The translations under genes were made by a program, and so were the position numbers. Positions 34,844-47,472 of a stretch of 50,632 nucleotides of DNA are shown here, piece after piece (position 1 is the stretch's first letter; every line of letters starts with the position of its first letter). The stretch covers positions 62,320,796 to 62,371,427 of the forward strand of contig NC_057719.1 of assembly GCF_004010195.1 (NCBI RefSeq). Reading direction: 5' to 3'. The stretch comes from Chiloscyllium plagiosum (taxonomy: Eukaryota). The notes below the pieces were generated by a model that worked only from the letters and a program-made list of their open reading frames with translations, ran no database searches and was not told the origin of the DNA.

Positions 34844-35053
34844 TTCTGTACTGGATGCCCAAGGGAGCAAATCCCTTTCTTTAGTGCATATTTGATCTTT
34901 ACAAAGTTTTTGACATATTTTAGCATGGACAAGCTGACATTGCACTATTCACTCAACATGCCACTGGATGTATGATGTGTGTCCTTGGTGGCATTTTGGC
35001 TTTGTTGCATCATTCTCTGCTCATGTCAATAAATAAATAAGTGCTGTGTGATT

Positions 35054-35287
35054 AACACTTTAACACACCACCCTGTTCCCTTGCTCATCACTCCTAACCC
35101 CCCCCCCCCCCCCCCCACCCTATCTTCTTCATACAAACCAGCATTTTCCTATCTACCATCACTTCAGAGGAAAGGTCATTGGAGCTGAAATGTTAACTCT
35201 GGTTTCTCTTCACAGGTGCTGCCAGGCCTGCTGAGCTTTTCGTGAAATTTCTCTAATTTCCAGCACCCAAAGTTCTTTCAGCTTTTA
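35054..35287 (+). mobile_element. Older Penelope 3' pLTR fragment
   Basis: C-rich segment, decayed core ttcagaggaaaggtca..ctgaaatgtta, then tgctgccaggcctgctgag..ttccagca; 10-bp direct repeat ctgtgtgatt at 35044-35053 and 35288-35297. Confidence 0.6.
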
Positions 35288-35376
35288 CTGTGTGATTTAA
35301 GTTCCTTGAGTCTCGCCACCTCCAACTGTTTACTACATGCGCTGAGCAACATCTTTTTCTAAAACATCAAGTAGTA

Positions 35377-36384
35377 GAAGTTGTTGATCGGTTCGCCTAG
35401 CTAGTTGATTTTCTGGCAAATGTTTTGTCTCCCTCCTGGGTGACATCTTCAGCGCTGTGTAGCCTTTGGATGAAAGGCTGTCATTCTGGTCTGACCCAAC
35501 TTTATTCGGTTCTGTCCGTTGTGGTGGACGGTTCGACTTTGGGTTTTGTACAGTAGTGGTCTGTAGATGGGATTTATTTCAACATGTTTGTTTGTGGGAC
35601 CACTGGATAAATACCAGGCCTCCAGGAATTCCTGAGCTTGTCTTTGTTCAACCTGTTCCAGTGTCATAACGTTGTCCCAGTTGAATTGGTGTCCTTTTAT
35701 TGTCAGTGTGTATTGATACGAGGGAGGTCTGGTCGTGTTGTTTTGGTGCAAGCTGATGCTTGTGTATTCTGGTAGTGAGTTTCAGACCACTTTGTCAGAT
35801 ATAATGTTCCTGCAGTTGCTGCATGGTGTTTTATATATCACATTCGTCCGGCGTGTTGTGTGTGTGTGGGTCTTTTATCCTGAATAGTAGCTGGTGAAGT
35901 GTGGCTGTGGGTTATTATTCCCAGAGAATGTGGAAGTCTTGTTATTAGCTCTGAGACGTTTCTAATGTAGGATGAGGCGGTCAGTGTGTTGAAGGGCACA
36001 CTGTTGTCTTAGTGTTGCTGTATGCCAGGCATTGGCAGATGAAGCTGATAGGGTACCCATTATTGGCAAAGATTTTGTTCATGTGTTCCTCTTTTTTGCA
36101 GAGTTTTGGGATGTTACAGTGTGCTATGGCTCGTTTAGACAGGGTCTTGACACAGCCCTGTTTGTGGACGTTGGGGTGGTCACTGTTGTAACTGGAAGGT
36201 GAATCACCCGCCACAATAGACAGAACCGTAAAAATTCAGAGCAGATCGCAATGACAGTGCTTCATCTGGAAGCTACACAGCACTGAAGAGGGGGCGAAAT
36301 GGTTGCAAAACTATCAACCAGCTTGACGAACCAACCAATCACTTCCACCAGAACCTGAGCTACAGGATCTTCACTAAAACCTTG
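35377..36384 (-). mobile_element. Penelope-like element (Penelope/Poseidon-type) remnant with GIY-YIG endonuclease and inverted pLTRs
   Basis: Minus strand: SDHPNVHKQGCVKTL..RA, NVIYKTPCSNC..YI*QSGLKLTTRIHKH, GHQFNWDN..EFLEAW; inverted ends about 35383-35485 and 36250-36340; 14-bp TSD aacat(c/a)aagtagta at 35363-35376 and 36385-36398. Confidence 0.85.
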
Positions 36385-37319
36385 AACATAAAGTAGTAAT
36401 TTAGAGCCAAATTGTTGAAGACTCTGGAATTGGGGAACTTATGTCCCAATAGATTCAATAGTTACCATGTTTGCGACGCCCTCTACTGGCAATTTTACTG
36501 CTCACCTGTAAATGTGCAATTGCTTCAGCAACAGCCACCATCCTGCTGAGAAAGTGCCAAGAGTTTTCTTCATGGATCATTTTGGCCTTTCACTGCTTAC
36601 TTTATTTTATTTGTCATTGTGAAGATATTTTCAGAAAAGAAAAAAAAATTCACATGGTCCCACAGAACTTGAGTTTTGCAATCATCAAGACAAATGCAAG
36701 AAGGTCAAATTTCAAGTTAACTCAACAATGTATATGATTGGAGAAGTCGGTCCCAGTGGCTTGGCAAATATAACTGAGTATGATTGTTTAGGTATAGTTT
36801 CCCCTGTTGTATAAATTGCTGTGATTATTTGAAATTTGGTATTCTTGTGTTTGTTTTGATGAGTGAAGGGTGAGAAGCTCTGGCAATATGTCTCCCTTTA
36901 CAGTAAAATGAATAAAGCTTTTCAATTCTGTAAGGATTGTGCTCTTGCCTAGAATGCTCTCAGTGAAGAGCCAACCCCATACTGCAATGACCAAACAACC
37001 CAAACATCTCGATGAAGAGGTGGGTGAAAATGCAGGGTGGTGGTGATCACAGGGTAGAGCTAAAATGGAGGGGACTGTGAAGACAGTTTGGAAGCCTCAC
37101 ATACCTTTGTTCTGTTTTTGCTCGCCATTCCAATCACAGCCAAACCACACAAGATCTCAATCCATCAAAAGAAATCTGAGCACAGTCTGGAGTATCTGCT
37201 GTATGGTGAATTAATTGCCCTCAGTTGAGGGAAACATCCAAGATGCAAGAATGTGTTTTTTGAAACTTTTGCATGTGGACACGAGATTATTCTCTGTGCT
37301 GGTAGTAGCCTGGTTGGGA

Positions 37320-37620
37320 GATAAAAAGTAAAATCTGTATTACTTAAAGATTTCAGATATTTGTTTTAAAAACAGAAAATGCTTGACAAACTCAGCAGGT
37401 CTGGCAGCATTTGTTGGGAGAGAAGCAGAGTTAATGCTTCATGTCTGGTATGATGTCTACAGAATTGAAAGGTGTTAGGAAATTGTATTTTTTATGCTGT
37501 AGACAGAGGGGGAGGAGGAGCAAGTGGAACAGATTGTAGGGGTGTTCTGAGCCAAAGACAAAGGAGTTGTTAATGGCGGTGAAGGAAAGATAGTGACCTA
37601 AAAAGTGTGTGTGTGTGAGA
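37320..37620 (-). mobile_element. Older Penelope 3' pLTR fragment
   Basis: aacagaaaatgcttgacaaactcagcaggtctggcagcat..gagagaagcagagttaatg; same family as 3232-3442 and 35054-35287. Confidence 0.55.
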
Positions 37621-39539
37621 GACATGCAAGAAAAATGGAACATACAAATTCAATGTTGAGTTCGCGAGGTTCTGTATTTGTTTGATGTTCGTCGCATTTG
37701 TCTGTTAGTTTCTAGATTGTCTCTCAGCCTGGTCAATTGTGCATTCTTTCAGTTTGAACTCAAGCTGATCCAGTAATGACAGGAGATAGATTCCCATATG
37801 GTGAAGGCATTTCTTGATGTGATCCCCGAGTTTCATTAGCTCTTACTGAAACATTTGGCAGATGAAGATGAAATCTGGTTTGCAAAGCATGAAGTTGTCA
37901 TTGGCATCTCAAAATGCCAAGAAAAATAACTGATGTGTGCACTCTGCAAAGTAACGAACGATGTCATGGACAAAAAAAGTCTCTGTTTAGCAGAAATCCT
38001 CAAGAATTGATCCTCCCTTCTTTATTGTTTTGTGGATAAGTGCTTCATTTGACCTGTCATGAAACCGTGCAGCATTGCACATTGTATATTTAATTGGTGT
38101 CCATGCTGAAACATTTGGTACAAGTTGGAGGGTGTCCAAGTGACAATTAGCCTCAGTGTGAGTAGGGATGATAAATTTCAGCTCTGGTTCCTCCCTCTGA
38201 TCACTCATGGACTTCTGCTGTGGATAGTGGGAAAGTTTAGGCTCTGCTGTATTGTCATTTGGAGAAAGATGTCCGACTGATTCTTGCTCTCCACATTGTC
38301 AAGGCAACATACTGTGGTAACCTGGCATCACATTACAGTACCAAGCAACTCCCTCAATGAATACTGGGAAGGACATTAGTGCATAAAACCTGTGTACGTT
38401 TAATAATATGTGATTAATCGACCAGCTGTCTGGTCAGAATTCCCATTCCGGGTTTGACTTCTGAGACAGCAACACCATCAGCTATCAAGCAGACATCTGC
38501 TTGTCAGAGTCTGGATCTTGGGATGAAATAATTACAGATTTTAGTTTTTCCTTTTCATTGTGGAGAAGATTTTGAACTGTTCCCAAATCAGTCAGTCATA
38601 ACCTTGAGATGATTCCATTAATGGATAATGTTCTGCTTTGGCTGTTCCTGTACTTACCTTGAACTCCAAGTCCAGTTTTGGCCTTCGGAATATAAGGGAC
38701 GTGCAGACAAATGCCAGAATTGCTGCAAAGAGCAGCCAAGGGAGTTGATCTCGTCAGATTGAATTGTGAGGGTAACCTGACAATACCAGCCACTTCAATT
38801 CACAGCAGTATCTGACGTTAAATGATAGAGAAGAGTTAAAGTCAGGCCACAATTCAAAATAAGCCCCAATACTGACGCAAAGACTCATTCAAACAGATGG
38901 CCAGAGTATTTTGGACTGATTTCAGGAAGAAATTCTTCACACGTGTGATTAACAATTAGAGCACATTTCTGAATAAGACATTGGAGGAACAAGTCTCAGC
39001 TTCAGGATCCATTTGAACAGAATAGGTCTTATAAACTTTGCGTTCCAATCAGACAATCAAACGTGAGCTGAGCAGTTTTCTTCAACTATATTGACTCTCA
39101 AGGTTTTCTCTATGGTTAATCTCAAAGTGACTCTTGTTATAGGATATTGTTGTTAGCTGAAAATTGTAATTAGTGTAATTGTTCTTCAGGGCTTAGCTCA
39201 TGTCTTTGTACAAACCTGCTGTGTGGAAGAAGTAGGGTTTTAGTGTGTTGTCCTGTCTATATTGAGCTTGCAGATCTCAGTCAGATTTGGGGTGGCAATA
39301 TCGCGATTGGTTCAAGTGAAGAAAGAGCAGCCAGTTCCTGATTGCAATCAAGCAACCTTTCACTGCTAACTGCAGCTGTGGGTCTTGGCTAAGGATCAGC
39401 TCAGGCTAAGAATGTGGAAACACTTATCCATTTGCGCAGAAAGAATAAGCAAGAATTGTTTTATTGAAATGATGAGAGAATACAGAACAGCATTGCACAG
39501 GAAGAGATCCTTCGGCCCACCTGGAAAAGGATGGGCTGG

Positions 39540-40580
39540 GATGGTCAGCATGCATTTATGCATGAGAGGTCTTGTCGCATATTTGATTGTGTTGTTTGAA
39601 GAAGTGATACAGATTATAGAGGGTAATGTTGCCTGCATGGATTTTACTCCTGAGGCATTTGACAAAGTTCCTCACGGTAGACTGATCTACAAGTTCAAGT
39701 CCCCTGGTGAGTTTGTACTTTGGATACAAAATTGGCTTGGTCATAGAAAACAGTAGTTATGGAGGGGTGTTTCCTGATTGGAGGCCAGTGACCTGTGGAT
39801 TCCACAAAGATCAGTGCAGCCCTTCTGTTGTTTGTAATGTTCATAAGTAATTTGGATGAAAATGTAGTTGGCCTGATGAGTAAGTTTGCAAATGACATGA
39901 ACATTGTTGGAGTTGTGGATAATAAGGAATGTTGTCAAAGGATTTGGCAGCATATAGATTAGTTGGAAAGTTGGAGAAATAGTAAATGCATCTTAATCCA
40001 GATAAAATGCATTTTGAGAGGTCAAATGCAAGAGGGAAATAGGCAGTAAATGGCAGGATGCTTAGGAGCATTGATATACAGAGGGATCTTGGCTGCAAGT
40101 CCATAGTTCCATGAAAGTGACAGTTCTGGTAGCTACACTACAGGAAGGATGTAGAGGCTTTGGAGAGGGTACAAAAGAGTTCTCCCAAACTTTTGCCTGG
40201 GTTAGAGTGTATTTGCTGTAAGGACAAACTTGGATTGCTTTTGCTAGAGCATTAGAGGCTGAGGGTGATCTGATAGCGGCGTATAAAATTGAGCTGCATG
40301 GATAGGGTGGATAATCAGAGTTGTTTTCCCAGGATGGAACTATCAAATACTATGAGGTGTAGATTTAAGGTGAGGGGGGAAAGTTTAAAGGAGATGTGTG
40401 AGGCAATTTCTTTACGCAGGGTAGGAGATGTCTTGAGCTCTTCCTAGGGGAGATGGTAGGAGCAGATACAATAAGAGGCATTTAGAAATGTGCATGAACA
40501 GAGAGGGATTAGAGGGATATCAGCCATGTACAGACTGAGGGGACTGGTTTAGAATGGCATTATGGTCGATGCATAGTGGG
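39540..40580 (+). mobile_element. Old CR1 RT and 3' fragment
   Basis: MDF..AFDKVPHGRL, WIQNWL, SKFAND (decayed FADD), QRDLG, and a 3' UTR-like tail. Confidence 0.85.
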
Positions 40581-40584
40581 CAAG

Positions 40585-41275
40585 TCTCTGAGATGCAGAA
40601 ATACCTGGGTGTCTGAGTGTGTAAAATTGCAAAAGATTGATATGAAAGTAGAGTAAATAATTAGGAAAACGAATAGAATGTTATGTTCATTGTGAAGGGA
40701 ATTGAAAGCAAAAGTTGGCAGGTTGTGCTTTAGTTACACAGATTGCTAGTGAGACTGCATCTAGGATATGGCATTTATCACTTCATTTGAGGAATGATGT
40801 TGAAAGCAACTCTGAGAAGGTGTACTAAATTGTGAGCTACAATGGGCAGGCTGTCTTAGGAGGAAATGTTAGTTAGGCTAGGCTAGGCTATTTTCTAAAT
40901 GCTGGACTGTCAGAAGGAGCTTCATTGAAGGACTTAAGGCCCTGAGAGGTCTTAACAGAGTGGATGTAGTAAGGATATTTTATCTTACGGGAAGCCATGA
41001 ACTGGGAGTCATTGCTTAAAAATAAAGGGAGGCCCACTGACTACCGACATGAGGTTTTGTTTTGGATGGTTGAGAGTCTTGAACAATCTCTTCCTCAAAA
41101 GATAGAGTATTTTTTGAATATCTTTAAGGCAGAGGTTGATAGATTCTTGGTAAGCAAAAAAGGTGGAAGGATATGCAGGAAAGATAGGCTGGATTGAGGA
41201 GTCATCTGCTGACCACGATGATCTTAAATTGCAGAGTAGGCTCCAGGGCCCACTTCTACTCCTGATCCATATGTT
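40585..41275 (+). mobile_element. Second old CR1 3' fragment, adjacent to the previous one
   Basis: Restarts at QKYLGV and LVRLHL motifs; NIFKAEVDRFL C-terminus; tail ctactcctgatccatatgttc. Confidence 0.75.
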
Positions 41276-42040
41276 CCGAGAAGGAATGGAGTCTGACTGT
41301 GTGACATGCTGCTAAAATACAGTGTTCTTCATCGCAGGAAGTGATGCAATATCAAGGCGCAAGATGTTTTTCAAATGAACCTAACACATTCCTTACCTCA
41401 GCAGCTCTGCAAATATTGTTGAGCAACACAGAAAGTCCAAGGATAATTACTGCCACAAGCTTGGACCTTCCTCAAAAGGTAGGATGACACCTGTGAGAGC
41501 TGTGTCTGAGGACCACGCAATCCCCAGGCTTAAATAGCCCAGTGTCAGGGAACTGTTAGCACTTGGAGAAATGCAATTTCTTCTTCTTGGAACAAATGCT
41601 CTCTGTTTGATAAATTTCCCTGCTGCCTTTATTATTCATCACGTCCTGATTGTGTTTAGGTAGGATCGACTCCTGTTTTGTTTAGTAAAAGATATAGTTT
41701 GCTCGTTTCTTTAATTTTGATCACATGGTTTCTCAGGTGGGAAAAAGGTGACTAAAACCGACTGGTGTTTCTTTCAGTAAAAGACTGGAATTCTCCTTCA
41801 CACGTTGTTTTGTTAATATTTAACTTTATCTTTTTCCCTGTGGTTGTTGTTCTCCACATATTTTGTGTTTCTATCTTTCTCTTGCTGCTGTTTTTCTCTC
41901 TATAATTGACCCCTAAGTTTGCCTGTTTTTTGACTGTTAATTTTGCTGTCTTTCTTTGTTTTCTTCCACCCCCCCCCCCCCCCCCCCACTATCCTTTTTA
42001 AAAAAATTTTGCTGGGCTTGTGTTTATTTCTCTTTGCTAG

Positions 42041-42083
42041 TCAGATGTTGAAGCTTCTTGCACTATCTTCCAAACCTCTGAAG
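42041..42083 (+). CDS. Candidate short internal exon (43 nt)
   Basis: Acceptor tgtttatttctctttgctag preceded by about 250 nt of T/C-rich sequence; strong donor AAG|gtaagg. Reads SDVEASCTIFQTSE or QMLKLLALSSKPLK. Confidence 0.5.
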
Positions 42084-43514
42084 GTAAGGATATGAACTTT
42101 GATTGCCTATTATTTGTAATGCAGCAACATCAACTTTTGTTGGTAGTAGGTGTAGTTGCCTGATTCAAGAATGTTAGCGCATCCACCTTTCAGAGGCATT
42201 TCCTCCATTGAGTTTGGCACTCTCCTCCTTTAGATCCTCATCCATGCTACGATCGTTAGTCGCTTTTCATAACTGACTATGTTCTGCTTGTGTCCAGAAC
42301 CCCCTTTTGTTTCCCTCTCTCCCACACTGTCATTGTGAAGAGGATATGAGGAGACTACAAAGGAATCTAAATAGGTCAAGTGCTGGGCAAAGGTGTGGCA
42401 AAAAAAATTTCCATATTGTGATACTGCCCATTTTGACAGGAAGAGTAATCAAGAAGATTATCTAAACGTTGAGGGATTGCAGAGCTCTCTGACACTTGAC
42501 AACGTCTATTGAGAAATGACGCCAGTGCCTATGTGGATGACAGCTTTTAGTCTAAGTGCTTCAAAACATCTACTCTGTGCTCCAACTGTTTCGGCAGAAT
42601 TTTCCTTTTTAAGTCCACACAAAGGCCTCTCATAAACGCAGTGAAATTGAACAGCTCACTGCTGACACTCCGATATTCCAGTACTTTCTGGACTCTTAAC
42701 TGCTCCTCTTTAATTGCTCATTGCCATTCATTGATCCCACCCCTATTAATATGTATTCTGCATAAGAAATTCAAAGTTCACTCCTCCATGCTCAGGCGAT
42801 CATTGTTTTGTGTAAGTCCTTGCTAAGCTTCTGCAACCACTGAAGTACTTGAGAATCACTTCAAACTAGAGACGTGTTTAGGGTTTTTTTTCAGGACAAA
42901 TGCAAGAACACCAAATCTCAAATGATCACTCTGCAATAGCCAATGCAATAATAAGCTGATACTTTGTGAGCAGTTATTTAAGAGGCAAGACTCAAAACGT
43001 AACTGAGAACTGCACCGTGACACGGGCTGCTCAGTGACGTCCCCTCACGTTGTGGATGTTTTGTGATCAAAGGTTTCTGAACATGTCTTAAGTCCTCCTG
43101 ATACTCATGGTCTCAATCATTCCAGATACTCATGACCTTGGTCATATTCCTGAGAAATGGTTTCCAAGGTCACTAGGCACCATCTGTGCAGCTATCATGA
43201 TGTAAACCACTGCTGTCAAGCAAGTTCAGGAGAGAATAGTTTGGTATCATTAAAGATGGTGCAGAGGTTGATCTGTTACAACATGCATTTTGTCAATGAA
43301 TTTGCTGTCCTGCGATTGATGAATAGGGGATGCTGTTTCGATATCACAAACTTTTAAAACTTGTGTTAGTTGTAGCGTGATTACATTGCCGATACTTTAA
43401 GTTCTGTTTCTAAAGTGTGATTATTCTACAACGCGGGGTTGCACAAGAATGTAACCATCGCTTTATAGCAGAGCTACCTGTATCTCCCACACAGAGTGCG
43501 TTTGCATCTTTCTT

Positions 43515-43625
43515 TAGGTATTTAACCGACCTGTTCAGATATGGTGTAACATACCTCTGGAGTAGACAGGACTTGAACCTGGGCCTCATAGTCAACAGTT
43601 AGGGCCATTACCATGACACCAAATG
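43515..43625 (-). mobile_element. Short tRNA-derived SINE
   Basis: Reverse strand: ggtgtcatggtaatggccct.., aggttcaagtcc (B-box), ..tctgaacaggtcggtt. Confidence 0.55.
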
Positions 43626-43720
43626 AGCACTGTTTGTATTTTTAGCATGTTGCTTAACTGGGAAACATTGTGATGATGCATTCACTAATGGCTTTGCTCA
43701 ACTTTAAACAAGTTGATGTT

Positions 43721-46050
43721 TAGAACATAGAACAATATAGCACAGAACAGGCCCTTCAGCCCTCCATGTTGTGCTGACCTGTGAACTCATCTAAGCTCAT
43801 CCCCCTAGACTATCTCATCATCATCTATGTGCTTATCCAAGGATTGTTTAAATCTGCCTAATGTGACTGAGTTGACTACATTAGCAGGTAGGGCATTCCA
43901 CACCCTTACCACTCTCTGAGTAAAGAACCTGCCTCTGACATCTCTCTTAAATCTATCACCCCTCAATTTGTAGTTATGCCCCCTCATACAAGCTGATGTC
44001 ATCATCCTAGGAAAAAGACTTTCACTGTCTACCCTATCTATTCCTCTGATCATCTTGTATGTCTCTATCAAATCCCCCCTTAGCCGCCTTCTTTCCAATG
44101 AGAACAGACCCAGTCTCTCAGCTTTTCCTCATAAGACTTTTCCTCATAAGACCTTTCCTCCAGACCAGGCAACATCCTGGAAAATCTCCTCTGCACTTTT
44201 TCCAATCCTTCCATGCACTTCCTGTAATGGGGCGACCAGACTGTATACAATATTCCAAGTGTGGCCGCATTAGCATTTTGTATAGTTGCAGCATGACATA
44301 ACGGCTGTGTAACTCAATCCCTCTACCAATAAAATCGAACAAACTGTATACCTTCTTAACAGCACTATCCACCTGGGTGGCAACTTTCAGGGATCTATGT
44401 ACATGGACTCCAAGATCCCTCTGCACATCCACACTACCAAGAATCTTTTCATTGACCCAGTATTCTGCCTTTTAGTTATTCTTCCCAAAGTGTATCACCT
44501 CACATTTAGCTGCATTGAACTCCATTTGCCACCTCTCAGCCCAATTCTGCAGTTTCTCCAAGTCCTCCTGCAACCTGCAACATTCTTCCACACAGTCCAC
44601 TACACCACTGGCTTTAGTGTCATCTGCAAACTTACTAACCAATCCATCTATGTCTGTGTCGAAGTCATTTAGAAAAAATGACAAACAGCAGTGGTCCCAA
44701 AACAGATCCTTGTGGCACATCACTGGTAACCGGACTCCAGGCTGAATATTTTCCATCACCCACCACTCACTGCCTACTTTCAGAAAGCCAGTTTCTAATT
44801 CAAACTGCTAAATCACGCTCAATTATAAATCCTATCTCTTATAATCCTTTCCAAAACATTTCCGACAACAGATGTAAGGCTCACTGGTCTATAATTACCT
44901 GGATCATTTCTACTGTCCTTCTTGAACAAGGGCACAACATTTTCAATCCTCCAGTCCTCTGGTACTAAACCTGTCGACAATGATGACTCAAGTATCAAAG
45001 CCAAAGGCTCCACCATCTCCTCCCTAGCTTCTCAGAGAATCCTCAGATAGGTCCCATCCAGCCCAGGGGACTATCTACTTTCACTCCTTTACAGAATTGA
45101 TAACACCTCTTCCTTGCTAACCTCATTCCTTTCTAATTTAATATCTTGTATCTCATTCTTCTCCTCTACAATGTTATCCTTTTCTTGAGTGAAAACCGAT
45201 GAAAAATATTCGTTTAGCACCTCTTTGATCTCCACATGGTCCACACGCAACTTCCCACTTCTGTCTTTGACTAGCCCTATTCCTACCCTAATCATCCTTT
45301 TATTCCTCACATACCTATAGAAAGATTTAGGATTCTCTTTTATTCTACCTTCAAAAGACTGCTCATGTCCTCTCTTTGCTGTTCTTAACTCTCTCTCTTT
45401 AAATCCTTCTAGCTAATCTGTAACTCTGCATTGCCTCATCTGAACCAACTCCTCTCATTGTCACATAAGCCTCCTTCTTCCGATTAACAAGAGATGCAAT
45501 TTCTGCAGTAAACCACGGTTCCCTTACCTTATCACTTACTCCCTGCCTGACAGGGACATACCTATCAAGGACTCTCATTATCTGTTCTTTAAATCAGCTC
45601 CACACTTCGATTGTCCCCATCCCCTGCATTTTGCTACCCCATTCTATGCATCCTAAGTCTTGCCTAATCTCATTATAATCACCCTTGCCCCATCAATAAC
45701 TCTTGCCCTTTGGCATGTACCTATGCCTTTCCATTGCTAGACCAAACGTAGCTGAATTATGATCACTCTGTTCAAAGTGCTCACCTATCACTAAATCAAA
45801 CACCTGGCCTGGTTCATTACCAAGCACCAGATCCAGTGTGACCTCCCCTCTTGTCGGCCCTTCGACATACAGGGTCAGAAAATCCTCCTGTTCACAATGG
45901 ACAAAAACTGATCCATCCAACATCCTAGAGTTACAGCATTTCCAGTCAATGTTGGGGAGGTTAAAATCCCCCATAAAGACCACCCTGTTCCTTTCACTCC
46001 TACCCAGAATCATGTTGCCAATCCTCTCCTCCACCTCCCTGGAACTCTAT
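43721..46050 (-). mobile_element. CR1 LINE, 5'-truncated, with an internal RT deletion
   Basis: MGDFNLP, PTRGEVTLDLVL, SDHN (endonuclease); NYRPVSLTS, FADD, RRRLRGDL, WNALP; (TTCTATG)-type tail at about 43721-43735. Confidence 0.93.
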
Positions 46051-46431
46051 GGAGATATCCTTTTAACTGTTTCCAAGTATATTTGCTTCTTTGTTTCGAA
46101 ATTAAGGCCACACATAATGTGTGTTAGCCTCTCGGGTGTAAAACAATTGACAGGGAATCCCAATGGTACAGAATTGGATTCAAGCTTCTTACGAGACAGT
46201 ATAATAGGTTTGACATGAATTTCACCCAAGAACTAAGTAAAATAAATTCCAAACTTATTCTGCCAATGCTAAAGTAGTCACTGTATCCAACTTTTGTGTC
46301 TGTGCATTCAGGGTACGTTGTCTGTGTCCACCCATTCTCTGCCTGCTCTTTAGCTGATCCCTGACCCCATTGTTCATGTGACAACTGTACCCTGCATTTA
46401 TTATTGCTGGTGTGATTAATGCAATTTATAT

Positions 46432-47472
46432 TGTAAACCAACTTTCTATGAAAATGACAAGAGTTAAAGAATAGAGTTCCAGTGAGTTTGTACCATTTGA
46501 TTATTTGAAAGATTAGTTACATTCAATTCTGCCAACAAGAGAGGCAGGGCTTGTGGCAAGGGTTTGCAGAGATCATTCCATATTCTTTGGTGTCACTGGG
46601 TTCAAAGGTGGCAGGTAATGAGACAAGAAGAGTATATTTGGAGATAGCTGTGCTGCTAAAGGCAGCTAAACCACATGGGTTCAATGTAATTGGGGCTCTG
46701 GAAAGTCAGAGCAGTTGCAATAGCTCTTTGTAGTGAGGATTTAGAGAACTTATAGGGACTGTGAAGGGCTTGAAGCAAACTGATGCATAATTAATAATTC
46801 ATTAGAACAGAGAGTGAGAGCTGAAAGCTCACCCACACAGTCCTGGTTGTGTGCAGCTGAGCTGGATGAGGCCTCAGGAAATCAATCGAAGACAGTAGTG
46901 GCCTGGTGAAGCTTACTGCTTGTGAAAAGCTGGAGGTGTGCTTGTGAGGCAGTGCTGGAGTGCTGTTTTCATGAATCCACTGGAACATAGTCGCTCCATC
47001 TCCTTCCCTGAGTCTAGGGTGTGATCAGTCCATGACCAAACAGCTTTTAAAAGACTTTCAAGGCTAAGTCATTGAAAGTGAACAACCATTTCTTGTGACG
47101 TTTTAATGAGATTTCCTGATACACAGTATCACCAATGTCTTGGTGGGGGAATTGTTGAGAAATTCATATGACCTGTCTGATCGCATTTGCTGTACTGCTG
47201 TGCATTTGACCATTTGCCTTGTTATGTTTGGAATGTAAGCGTTTCTTGGGTAATATCTGCATGTTTGTTTAGTAAGTTTTCTTTGTAAGAAGCTAATTAA
47301 TTATTCTGGGTTGGTGAATTAAGTCTGGCGGATTCATTTCTAATATTAAACCAGATATAGACCAAAAACTTGATAATTGGCCATGTTGCTACTGTACTTA
47401 AATTAAAGATTTGTTCTGACCAATGGAGGGAAGGGAAAGGAATTAGTGCACCCTTCCAACCTCGCTTTACCA
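46432..47472 (+). mobile_element. Possible old solo LTR
   Basis: About 1 kb block from tgtaaacc to ctcgctttacca (TG...CA) with purine-rich U3-like and T-rich U5-like halves; no TSD seen. Confidence 0.3.

Noticed and set aside
41398..41490. Minus-strand segment with acceptor-like ctcacag and donor GAG|gtaagg
   Set aside because: Stop codons in all three frames and a weak pyrimidine tract.
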